A DNA stretch of 64,000 nt from Octopus vulgaris (Eukaryota): contig OX597832.1 of the NCBI GenBank assembly GCA_951406725.2, positions 10,478,001-10,542,000 on the forward strand, written 5' to 3'. How positions within the stretch are numbered: the stretch's first letter is position 1; each line of letters opens with the position of its first letter. Below the pieces are notes generated by a model that was given only the letters and a program-made list of their open reading frames with translations, was not told the DNA's origin and made no database searches. Shown one piece after another: positions 51,121 to 63,848 of the stretch. The position numbers and the translations under genes were made by a program.

Positions 51121-52040
51121 ATGGACTGACGTGACAAATAAATTAATAAATAAATAAAATTTTGATTCTATATTCAGTTTCAGCCATGAAAATATACCAA
51201 CAGTGAACTCACTCATCTCAATGTACTCGATTTCATATTAATTGAAAGTTATATGCTCTTATGTTTATAGAATGTTATACAGAGAATATTGCATCCTTAT
51301 AGTTTACGAATAGATTGCACCGAACGTGTAACAGCTAAACGGCTGCATTTGTTACCCATTTGTCACAGATCTGAAGGACGCCGTTTCGTCCTGAAATTAT
51401 ATATGAATCTAGGTCCAAATTTCATATTAGCCAAAGCTACTTAACGACCAGCCTATCTTTAATGCAAAATCTTTTTTTTTTTTCTTTCAGAACAACTTAA
51501 AGAATAAAATATTCGCTCAAAACGAAGCTGAAAATAAACTGGAATGTCTTCTATCATCAAGCTCCACCAACGAAAACGAAAGCAGACATTAAAATGCTAG
51601 CCTTTACAGCAATATGCCATGTCATTATCTAATCTTTCTAATTCTCAGTTTCCTAACTTACAGAACCTGAAAGTTAATAAGTGTTTCTAAGTTTTAATAT
51701 ATATTTACCTTCAGACAAACGATGAGAAGTCAGCGTAATTGTCACTAATGCTTATAATGAAATTAACAACACAGCATGAAATATATAGATTTAGAGAATA
51801 TCAATTGATATTGGCCAAATGTTTGTAAATGCACAAGATTCGTGTAGGAGAACATTTCACGACGTGAAATAGGAAATTTTACTGCATTCAACACCTTCTT
51901 CAGAAGTGTGCAATTAGGCCTTCAATAGTTCTCGGGCCTGTTGTTGCAACCAAAGGAGCTCTTTATCTAAGATACTTTGGTACTTTCAAAGTCTAATCCC
52001 ATTAGCCATATCTCCACTGCAGAAACCAATAGCAAGAACC

Positions 52041-52272
52041 TATTTCTTTATTACCCACTAGGGGCTAAACACAGAGGGGACAAACAAGGACAGACATAAA
52101 AATTAAGTCGATTACACCGACCTCAGTGCGTAACTGGTACGTAATTTATCGACCCCGAAAGCATGAAAGGCAAAGTCGACCTCGGCGGAATTTGAACTCA
52201 CAACGTAATGCAGACGAAATACCGCTAAGCATTTCGCCCGGCGTGCTAACGTTTCTGCCAGCTCGCCGCCTT
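52041..52272 (-). mobile_element. SINE group B monomer with 15-bp TSD
   Basis: CCAATAGCAAGAACC at 52026-52040 and 52277-52291. Confidence 0.93.
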
Positions 52273-53757
52273 GTTGCCAATAGCAAGAACCGTTTCAGAA
52301 ATAATCTCAATAACTACAAGCCCACTGCATTTAAATACAAAAGATAGTCCTTTCCTAAAGACGACTTTATCTTATCACTCTTGTATCAGGTTAATGAACA
52401 ATTTTATCATTTCTGGCAACCCCTATAAGTTCACATCTCGTCCTCAAACACCAAATATATGCTAAGTGTTTTGTGACCAGTTCACTCAAATATATCCAAA
52501 ACCTATACGTTTAAATGGACATCGTGAATGCATATACTTTAAATATTCTGAAGTTTAATTGCTACCCCTTACATGGAACAGATAAAACGTAAAGCACATA
52601 ACACCAGTTACACCTGTTAATTATTCGCAAGGTATGTAGATGAGGCCCTCATGCACAAATCGCGTAAGGAGACAAAATACCAATTTGGCATTATCAATAA
52701 TATTTACGAAAACTTAGACTGAGAAATGAAATATGCCGATTATAACTCATATCACAAGCTGATAGATTACTAGCACAAAATGACATAAGAACTATGAAAG
52801 CAAACTTTCGCAATATAACCTACTGCTTTAATTGTGCATTACAGAGTAACCCCGTTATCACTACCAAAGCTTATTCAATACAGAATTAAATTACTCTAAT
52901 TGAGAACAGATAGAGTGCAGCTACGCAAAGAAACAATAACACTAACCAATTTAAAATATTATTAATGGTATTCACTGACATCCTTGAAGAATGAGTAGCG
53001 TGGTAGTATCAAATCAAACAATCACTACAGATCTGTCATACGATCATTAAGAGGAACGGATTTCCTCAGGAAAATCTTGTTGTGGAATCAATAAACAAGT
53101 GGTAAAATTGTATAGAATAGTACGAAATATCTTTGGTGGATTATAAGTCAGAAAGATGCTTCGCATTAAAAGACGAATTCATAAAAACGATATATGTCGC
53201 CAAATTATACACATCAATGTTGAACATATTGTACATATGTCAGGAAATTGATTTTAGGATGTATGCGAATGAGAAAGACTGTACTTATTAATATAATGAA
53301 GACAACATTACACAAAAGAAGGTTGAGCAATGCTGTCTTCTCATGAGAGGATCTTAATCGGGTCTGGCTCTCTAACATATAGTTAAATATGCACAGATCT
53401 GAGCTAAGTATAGTTGCCCACTTCTTACATTCAGACAAATTTTCGGAGTCGAAGAATCAAAATGTATAGATTGTAAATCATTATTTTCCTTCGACTTTTA
53501 TCTCCACACTGCTTCATTCAATTAGCGTTGTGACAGCTTCCGGGAATACTATACACATGCATACATGGAGCCATACATACAGACAGAGAGACATAGTCAC
53601 ACACATATATTTATCTCCATATAAATATATGAGTTCATGTGTATAAGTATGTATATGTTGAGTGCATATGTACATATATACATATATACGTATATATGGA
53701 TACACACAGATGCATACATACATATATGTATATATATATATACAAACATATATATAT

Positions 53758-53797
<40 letters not shown>

Positions 53798-55294
53798 GTG
53801 TGTGTGTGTGTGTGTGTATACGTGTGTGCGTGTTTTGAAAGTGCTACACTTTGGGCAACCCACTTTCAATGTATTTAAGAATTCAAGTACTTCAATTTTT
53901 ACGAAGGTAAACATCATTTGCATTTTCTTCCATTACTTTTCCACACAGGAGTATTAAAAGGCATAAGCATCACACTGTTCGTTTAGTATTGTACCACATG
54001 TAACTCCATAGCATTATTCTAAAATAATCGATATTTAATATACTCTGTTGTGTCTTATTGCATCTTATATTTTAAATGTCGCGCACGTTTTTAATTGTGC
54101 TCATATGATTTTCTTTAAAACATTTTCTAATATGTTTTTAATATGTTCGCTCGTTTATTTGTGTATTTTATATATTTATTTATGTATTTATATTTAATTG
54201 GACAAATTTGGCCATTTTGGTTCTCATTTTCTTTTTGCGTGTAACACTATAACATTTTCGTCAATCGTTAGTATCATTAATCTCTGTAAGTTTAACTGAG
54301 CTATATATGTTGCAAAGATATATGATGCTGTTCGTTACACTTCTTCTAAAAGTTTGTAGTTGTATCTTTGAATAAGAATACTGCAGTTATATTTGTTTGA
54401 TTTGTATTTTGCTGTATTCAACCACGTTTGCTTATCGATTGATTACAAGGTGTAGATGGTTTTAGATGCTTTTTTTCCTTCATAACATATATGCAAAGAA
54501 ATCTATTCATATTTTTATTTTGGTATGTGTTCCCATTTTTATTTTGTTCGTGTATTTCATGACTGTCCTAAAGGCGTTGATGCGTCAAGATTCTGTTTCC
54601 TCGGAAACTTTCTCTCAATTTTCTGTTTTATTTCATCTTATTTATTACCTTTTTGTGTGTCAGTGAAACCTGCGTCATTCTAATATTCGTCCATATCTTT
54701 ATTGCAGAATATTCTACATTTCCTTTCAATAAAGTATTCTCTTTTCAAGTTATTTCTGTCTCTGTGACATACTTGCTAAAAAAAAATTATTTCAACATAA
54801 GTTATAAGGATTCCTATAAGAATTCATAAATGTTCATCGTTGAAAATTATTACAATGCTACGTTGGTTATAGAGATATATTTGTAAGTTTTTTAGTGCTA
54901 TATCCGCGAGATATTTTGTGAAACAACTGATACATATTTTTTTGTTCTGTATTCATATTCTTATAACAACTCATAGATATTTTTCAGCATTTATATATTT
55001 TTATAACAAATGATTTTGTTTTTCATTTTGAATTGATAATGTCATAGAAAAGGAATATAAATTTTGACTTCGAATTGGCAGTTATGATAAATGTATTATC
55101 ACTTAATGGAAGCCGTAAGTATTATATTTTCCACAAAAATATTGGTTTTACTGTTGGTGGAAATTACAATGCTCATTGTCGCTTCTAAGTACTGCTCAAC
55201 CATTAATTTTATGATTTGAATACTGTTATTTCAAACGTTTTTCTCTTTCCAACATGCAATTATTGGAGTCAGCTGCATTTGATTTGCTGCTCTT

Positions 55295-55551
55295 TCTTTT
55301 GTTCTTCTTCTTGTCTTGAGACAGCATTCACCAGGGCTTCGTTGAGCTGGCTTCATTCATCCTCAATGCTGCATCTCTAAAAAACACCGACCAGACCTGG
55401 CGATTTGAGGCTAACGACCGCGTGATCTCCGACCACTGCTGATTCCAGCGGCGAACGCCGTAGATATGAGGGCCTAGGTTGGGTTCCAGATCAGCCTTGA
55501 CTGTCATCAGCCAGGTTTTTCGTTATCCAAAACATCGCTTTCGCCAACCCT
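55295..55551 (-). mobile_element. RTE-clade LINE 3' end
   Basis: Minus strand GWRKRCFG*RKTWLMTVKADLEPNLGPHIYGVRRWNQQWSEITRSLASNRQVWSVFFRDA...PW* is a typical RTE C-terminus, followed by a short CAAGA/AAG repeat tail. Confidence 0.8.
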
Positions 55552-57206
55552 TTTGTCGTTGTTGTTACTATTGTTTATCACAAAGAAATACTTATCGGGC
55601 AGATATATGTCGAAAGATACTCCAATCAAAAATAATTCTTTCCGTTATTTTTTAATTTTTATTTGTGTCCGTAAAGTTCATGCCATTCCATTGAATTACG
55701 AAATTGATAATCTTTTAAGGAAACTCTGACTGTCATTTCTAATAGGGTGTTCGAACACGTAAACAAGGTGAGTGGAAATTGAATCAGCAACTTAATTTTG
55801 GGACATAATTTCTACTAGAAAATATTAGAATTTGTACAATGTTAAGACATGTTAATAGATCATGTGCAAAAATATTACGTACCATTATACAAACATATAA
55901 GGAGTTAGAACCATTGAGTATACAAAGTTATTTTTAAGTTTCTGTGAACTGTTGTAAAGAAAGAATGATTGGGATTATAAATATTTTAATAGATGAAACT
56001 CAATGCATATTTGATTTTGATTTTTCCAGTTTCAGCTAATGAGCTGTGGCCATGCTGGGGCACCGCCATATGATTGCTCTTTGCAAACATCACTTGAAGC
56101 CAATGATTCATTCATCAAAAACTCCAAAAGTGTATTTTCCGATTGAATGTTCTCGTAAAGGAATGATCTCATCCCAAAATTAATGCAGAATTAAATTAAT
56201 CAGAATTGAATTAATCCGTGGCACATGATCTCACACTATATATTCTTTTTGATTCTTCGTTGGTCAGCTCAAGGTCCGCAATGAACAATCACCTGTAACA
56301 TTAGAAATTTTTTCGTCCATAACAAAACCCATATATTCAATCATGCGTCAACTTACACTAGATTATCCAATATGTTCTTTAGAAATTTCTTTCAAAGACA
56401 TTATGTCGTGATATAGTAGAATATTAGCTTCTTTGTTTTCCGTGACACTGAGCCGCTACGTGGAAAATACTTCATTTGCCAGTCAATATGATTTTATTGA
56501 GGAATATGTTGATTTTTAGATTATCCTATCTCTCATTAACTCGTTGTTTGTAGTTAGGGGATTTAGAATTGCACAATTCTTTTTGGTGGTAATTTAAAGA
56601 TCATCAGGCTGCTATTCTTGCATTTTCGGTGACCAGAAAGACATCAACTCAATGACTCAAATGTTTGGTATATACAACTTTATCATACAAGCAGAACCGT
56701 ATCAGTGTGTTTGATACATATTTCTGTATTAGATATTTTCGCATCAGTCCAGCTGCATTTCCTCTTGAGCAATATTTCTATTACACTCCAAAGCCAACAA
56801 TATGTTATAAGAAAATTCGATAGTTGGAAGTTGTACGTCGTGTGTTTAATAAGAAATATGGTATAGCGCCGGCGACTAATTGTGCCAGCGTGTCTAAAAA
56901 ATGCGATGATATTGACCAATTAATTAGGAGTGACAATCGATTGCAGATGTTGAATTTGAATTAATTAGAAAGTAGATGGAAGTAATTATGTAACGATAAA
57001 AACTTAAAATCGAAGAAAATTGAGAATTTCAGTGGTAGTTATGTGGTGGAAGCGAGGTGTATTCCTAAACAGTTTTGCGTACACAAGTTACACAAGACAC
57101 CTAAAAAAAGTAAATGGTGCAGATGGAGCATAAAGTTAGCAAAGAGACACATTGCAATATAGTTCACTAAGTGCTAAATATCATTTGGTCAGTTTTTGTT
57201 AAATAT

Positions 57207-57437
57207 CTATTTCTTTACTACCCATAAGGTGCTAAACTTAGAGCGGACAAACAAGGACAGACAAAGGGGTTAAGTCGATTACATCGACCTCAGTGCGTAA
57301 CTGGTACTTAATTTATCGACCCCGAAAGGATGAAAGGCAAAGTCGACCTCGGCGGGTTTGAACTCAGAACGTAACGCCAGACGAATTACCGCTAAGCATT
57401 TCGCCCGGCGTGCTAACGTTTCTGTCAGCTCGCAGCC
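57207..57437 (-). mobile_element. SINE group B monomer with 14-bp TSD
   Basis: TTTTTGTTAAATAT at 57193-57206 and 57438-57451. Confidence 0.93.
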
Positions 57438-57855
57438 TTTTTGTTAAATATTCCGAAGCCGTTAATAGACGAATTTGATTTATTTTAATAAGGACCATAA
57501 AGTATATGATGGAACTTTTGGGTAAAACCTAAGAATATGAAGTTAATTAAGATGTTGCATGTGTATTATTTTCTGTTTTATATATTAAGTTGGATTTCGA
57601 AATGAAGCAGATGAGACTATTAAAATTAATAGAACTCATATACAGGGGTACATTATTTGAGTTAACATTGCAAAGAGTTTGATGTTTATTATAAGAACAA
57701 TGATTTCAGTACTATACAAAATAAGTTAAAATTGTTAAGTTTCTTTAAGAAAATGTATATCTTTCTGTTGTGTCTGGGGAGAGTCATTCTCTTTTAGTGC
57801 ATTATTATTTAACACATTCACCGGTAAAATTTCCACTTATTTCTAATTTTTATTT

Positions 57856-57894
57856 TCTAAAATTTCCGTTGCGTCTTGCAACATTTTCAATAGA
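57856..57894 (-). ncRNA. Possible minimal hammerhead fold, U3-A8 variant with almost no stem III
   Basis: UCUA-UUGAAAA-UGUUGC(AAGAC)GCAACG-GAAA-U-UU-UAGA. Confidence 0.4.
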
Positions 57895-58534
57895 CTTGAC
57901 TCTTTCGTTTATCAGACTCTTTCGTTAATCTATATTTTTCTTTTATCAGAAAAGAATTTGGATAAATTAAAGTCTTCTCATGAGGAGTAATAATGACACT
58001 TTGTTAGTGGCCTCTAATACTTAGCGGTCTCTAACACTTAGCAGCTTCCTACATGTAGCCTCTTCATTTTAATTTCCATGTGCGTGCTTGGGAAAAAGAA
58101 ATATATTACTTTAAGTCCGCAAGCTAACTATTGCAGTTGTTGTTATTTGATATTTTATAATTTAAATTTTTTCTGACAAATTTGTAAACTAATCTAATTG
58201 CTGCGAATTTTGAGAGGATTAATTGTCTGCATGCTGCGATGTGTAATAAATCTTCTGCTACTAGAGTATTACTTGAGAATTAAATTTTGGCCTCATTTCG
58301 CGTGTTGTACTCTTAATAAACAACATGCATTGCAAATGTAGCCTGTTTTCAGTCCATGTAATGTACCGAGAACTGGAAAACTAACTATAACAAAGTAACT
58401 GGTGTTTGGAGTTTTTATTAAGATTTTAGAACATATTATAAAGCAAGTCTTTAAAAATATTTTTAAAATAAATTCTGGCTTCTCTCAGGTTTTGCAAGGT
58501 AAAATATTAGAGTGATATTATCTTAGTGTAAGTA

Positions 58535-58922
58535 GGGCGGAGAGCTGGCAGAGACGTTAGCACGCCGGGCGAAATGCTTAGCGATATTTCGTCTGTCGCT
58601 ACGTTCTGAGTTCAAATTCCGCCGAGGTCGACTTTGCCTTTCATCCTTTCGGGGTCGATTAAATAAGTACCAGTTACGCATTGGAGTCGATATAATCTGT
58701 TTGTCTGTCCATGTTTATCCTCTCTGTTTTTAGCCTCTTGTGGGTAGTAAAGAAATAAGTATTTCGTCTGTCTTTAAGTTCTGAGTTCAAATTCCGCCGC
58801 GGTCGACTTTGCCTTTCGACCTTTGAGGGTCGATAAATTAAGTATCAGTTGCATACCGGGGTCGATCGAATGGACTGTTCCCTGTCCACAAAATTTTGGG
58901 CCTTGTGCCTAGAGTAGAAAAG
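58535..58922 (+). mobile_element. SINE group B chimeric dimer (tail type 1 plus tail type 2)
   Basis: The full unit ends TTGTGGGTAGTAAAGAAATA. The following head-less unit ends AAAATTTTGGGCCTTGTGCC. The flanks carry an imperfect repeat ATTATCT.A.TGTAA. Confidence 0.88.
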
Positions 58923-59702
58923 ATTATCTAATTGTAATTTCATTGGTTAGCATGTTTGCTTAGTTTGCTATGACGTAATAGTTTTGTCTTTCGTCTGAGT
59001 TGACTGGTCCCTGCAGAATGCGAATTATTTTTTGCTCGACTCATAATTTGATGGGAGATTTCTTTCATTTGCAACGAAGAGACCTTGGTTCGCTATTAGA
59101 ACACAATATGACCACAAAGTTTGCTTTGTAGCCTCTTTCAAGGTAATTCTCTGAATGAAGTTAGTTTTGTATTATTTCATAAATATTAGTAATATACTTC
59201 TATCATTACACCATATAATTTAGATCAATTTATACAATGTTCTTTTCAAATTTTATTTTAGTCTCATAGGATGGTATGTACGATTTCTGAGTTGGTCATA
59301 ATATTTCTTACGTCATTTTATTAGTATGTAACAGATTCAATTCGAATTATGTTTATTTGCATATTTGGAACGTTAACGTTCGGAATAAGGACGTGTAAGA
59401 GCATACAAATATTTGATTTGTATACTACAAAACATTGTTTTCCTAAAAATATTTGGAACGAACACAGCGAATGTTCTTGCTTTATCTGTCGAAATCACGT
59501 TGATATCCGTTAGACAGCTGAGGAAGGAAAGTGCGTGGTTATCTGAAATGAATACCCTTTCGTTTATTATGAATACTTATGTTTAGTTTATGTTTTAGTG
59601 TATGTCTTTTATAATTGTATGTATGATTCACAACAGGTGTTATGCAGATTCTTAGATAACTTTTGTACCTTTGTTGGCGTTAATTATAGGATTATAAATA
59701 TC

Positions 59703-59778
<76 letters not shown>

Positions 59779-60520
59779 TATATAACAATATTCATAGAAT
59801 CTGTAAATGATTAAATATTACCATTATCTACCGGTGGTATAAGGATTCGGAAGAGATTATATATGCATAAGCATATGTGCAAGCATATGGCTAAATTAAC
59901 GTGTGTGTGTGTGTAAGAGAGAGAGAGGGGGGAGAGGGAGAGAGAGAGAAATTGTGTGTGTGTGTGTAAATGTATTCACCCCAGAATACCTACATTTGTA
60001 AGAAGGAACAACGTTAAAGAACAAAATTATATATAAAATTTGAAGGAACATTTAGTAAAAAGAGCACTTATATATTGATTATTTAGGCTGCATGTTATCG
60101 CATAGATCATCCGTGCATAAAATATTCATTGTTGAACTTACATTTTCTTCAAGGTATCTTTTTTTTATTCAATATCCGAAACTACAAAATATTATATATA
60201 GTTATTTTCATCTTTTTGGAAATTTAGTATATGAAACTTTTATACTATATAGTTAGACAGTAGAGATCTTTTTCATATATAAAAAGAAAATAATCGAGTG
60301 AATATTGTAGTTCTCGCAAGGAAAATTTTATATTCATTCTTTCAAGAAGATATATTTCTACAAATGTGCATGACAGATAAGAACTGTTGCCAGAAACTTC
60401 CCGCAGTTTCAATACTCCTTGATACATTTTCAAAAAAAAATCTTAGCACCGTTTGACACCTAAAGATAAAAAAAATTACACACTTCACACAAAAAAATAC
60501 ACTTCACGCAAAAAATACAC

Positions 60521-60609
<89 letters not shown>

Positions 60610-60695
60610 GATTTCTCTCTCTCTCTCTCTCTCTCCCTCTCTTTCTCTCTGACACACAAACACAAACACACACACACACACACTATACACATATG

Positions 60696-61792
60696 CAGGG
60701 GTTGGACAAAATAATGGAAACATCTAGCATCATAGCATCATCATTTTGAAATATCTAGAAACCCGTCCAAAGCTCGTTTATTCTTGTGTTTTTGATTTAT
60801 TATTAGTGTTGCTTAATATGTTTTGCTAAAATTAATGTTTCTTTTCAGATATCATCAGAAAAAAGATAATTAAAATTCATTAAAATGACAGGTCTATCGA
60901 ACTTCCAAAGAGGTCAAATTGTTGGTGCTCGTATAGTGCTCCGTTGGACTCTGACGCAAATTATTAGAAGGGATCACAAAAGTACATCTCCCAAAATTAC
61001 TGCAGAGCTTAATGACCACTTCGAGAACCCAGTTTCCACAAAAAGAAGTCGGATTTCACGGGAGGGCTGCAATCAGGAAACCACTACTTTTAATAGCAAA
61101 CGTTGAAAAGCGTTTAGAGTGGCGTAAAAATCTGCAGAATTGGTCCCTACAGCAGTGGAAGAATATTATTTTCTCGGACAACTCATCTTTAACCATTTTC
61201 CAGACACGGGCCGAGTATACGTGTGGAGAAGCATTTGACCCAGACTGCCTTCTTCCAATTGTGAAACATGGAAGAGGATCTGTAATGATCTTGGACGACT
61301 ATACCTTGGAAATCCGCCGGCCCAATGGTTTCCATTCATGGCAGAATCAACAGTCAATAATATTTAAGCATTTCAATAAATTCATCCTATGGTTGGGAAA
61401 CAGTTTCCGGAAGGAAACGCAATCTTTCAGGGTGATAATGCACCAATTCACAGAGCTGAATTTGTTACTGAATGGCACGAGGATCATTCTAGTGGAGTTG
61501 AACAATTTATCTGGCCACCTCAGTCTCCAGATCTCAATATTACTGAACATTTGAGGTGCATTTTACAAAAAGGTTTAAGGAGTCGATATCCTCCACCATC
61601 ATCATTACTAAAATTGGAGACTGTTTTAGCTGAAGAATGGAGAAAAATTTCTTTGGAAACAATTCAAAACTTTGTCCGAATCCATATGTCATAGAATTTA
61701 AGCTGTAATTACTGCTAAAGACGGTCCTACCCCATATTAAAATAAATTTGTTTGAAATTTTAAGGTGTTTCCATTATTTTGCCCAACTCCTG
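60696..61792 (+). mobile_element. Tc1-like transposon with ~30-bp TIRs and decayed transposase
   Basis: TIRs CAGGGGTTGGACAAAATAATGGAAACATCT and AGGTGTTTCCATTATTTTGCCCAACTCCTG|TA. Translation gives MTGLSNFQRGQIVGAR; IIFSDNSS; VKHGRGSVMI; FQGDNAPIHRA...WPPQSPDLNITEHL. Confidence 0.93.
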
Positions 61793-62321
61793 TACGTTTC
61801 AGTTGTTGGGGGAGGGAGGCAGAAAGTAAAGAGTGCTCAGTTGTTGCTCGAAGTTTGAAAGGGAGAGAATTAATCCCGAAGAGATCAAGAGAAGGCTTAT
61901 GGAGAATGAGCCTGTGGAAAGTGAGTCAGTGTTGCGTTGTACGTGTAACATGTGTGTGGGAGGAAATGCCTGAGTGATGCAGGCCAGTTCAGCCGTTAGA
62001 GAACTCACAGGAATCAACTTGCAAAACGAGATACGGCTATTTTTTTTATAACAGAACGCATGCGATCTGTGGAAAGATGTGCCTTTCAATTGGACGATTG
62101 AAAAGGCAAGTCAAAAGACTTCATGCAGTGGCTCTTGTTCCCTCTGCCAGCCAGACACACCTGTGCCTTTATATAATAAAATGTGCAAAACATCGACCAG
62201 GCTCAGGAGTCATAAATGTGTCTCACATTGCATAATATAATCATCCAAGATTCGTTTCAATGATTCTGTCTAGCAATGGCTTTGCTCGTATACGAGAATG
62301 CAGTTCCTATATATATATATG

Positions 62322-62361
<40 letters not shown>

Positions 62362-62403
62362 GTATGTATATGCGTGTGACCGTGCATGTGTGTGTGTGTA
62401 TAG

Positions 62404-62581
62404 CCGCTTGTTTAGTTGTGTGGTAAGACACCTACTTCTCAATCACGTGGTTCCTGGTTCAGACCAATTGCGTGGCATCTTGGCAAAGTGTGTTTTACTA
62501 TTGTCTCGGACTGACAAACGCCTTGTGGATTTGGCAGACGAAAACTGAAAGAAGCCCTTCGTGTATATATGCATATATATG

Positions 62582-62637
<56 letters not shown>

Positions 62638-62845
62638 TGTGTGTATGTGTGTGTGCGTATGTGTGTGTGTCTGAGTGTTAGTGTGTGTGTGTACGTATAT
62701 GCATATATATATATATTATTTACATATATATATATGTATATATATATATATTTACATGCATGTATATTGATATGTCTCTGGTTGCGTACCATGTTGGTAC
62801 TGAAGCATGACCACAGCCACCTGGCTGAAATACATAAAAGAATTA
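62404..62845 (+). mobile_element. SINE group A with expanded internal microsatellite
   Basis: GTGTGGTAAG...GGTTCAGACC...GAAAACTGAAAGAAGCCC, then about 200 bp of TA/TG, then AGCATGACCACAGCC...CTGAAA. Confidence 0.8.
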
Positions 62846-63599
62846 AAGAATGCATATACAGAACGTTTGTCCTGATATCTTGCTGTATTTCTACGGATTT
62901 TGTGAATTCTGAATTAAAATCACAACATATTGTGGGTAGGAAGAAGACTTCAGCCGTCAACCCATTCAACATAACCATCTAGAATACTGGTGCCTTCAGC
63001 GTAGTTCGGTGTGTTGCATAATGTTGGCGAAACTTTGAGCATAAGCTATCAATTTCCTCCACAATCAATTATAAAGATAGACAGCTAATTGATTCAATGC
63101 AGTGAGAGAAAGATAGAGGGATAGAGAGAGGGAGTGAAAGAGAGAGAGATACTGACAGACAGAGATGCAGTCAGACAGATAGGGTGTTCGCGTGAACTGC
63201 AAGAAATTTCAGCTAAATGTCCTGTACATTCAATCATACCGTTTTCAATGATACCGTACATGTTTCTAAATATATTCTGCAAAACTTTAACATATCCACT
63301 GTATTATGATAGTGTTTGTCGCTCGACCACGCATCATTTACTAGTAAATTACACCAAGATCTTGACACTTCATATACGAAGTGTTAACTGTTATGTTTTC
63401 TTAACTATTCTTAATTCCGTATATCATTTTGTTATACACAAACTCATTCATACGTTCGAATCAGGTTTTCAAATCAGGTCTTTCTACTAATATTATTTTA
63501 CATTATTGTCATTCTACAATAAGTTTCACTCTAACAACACAGGCGTAATTGTTTCTATTTCATCACTGGTTATTTTACATGAATAAAAAATAAAATAAA

Positions 63600-63848
63600 T
63601 GTTCCTTCTGGAGCCATGCCAGGCTCACAAGGGCAGTTTCCCGGTTTCCGTGGCGTAGAAATTCACAACCTGGACGGAACGCCGGTCCATATCAAGATTA
63701 CTCATTTTTGCCAGCTGGGCGGACTGGAGCGACGTGAAATGAATTTTTTTTCTTCTCAGGAACAAAACGCATCGCCCGGTCCAGGAATCGAAACCACAAT
63801 CTTACGATCATGATACTGATACCCTATCCACAAAATACGTACCTCCAT
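63600..63848 (-). mobile_element. SINE group C, near full length
   Basis: The head matches 1-82 (GCCCGGTCCAGGAATCGAAACC). Core TTTTTGCCAGCTGGGCGGACTGGAGCGACGTGAAATGAA. Confidence 0.78.

Noticed and set aside
51365-51412. Hammerhead-like CTGAAGGACG...CGTCCTGAAA
   Set aside because: The core is CUGAAGG with stem II overlapping it, and there is no UH cleavage site before the putative stem I.
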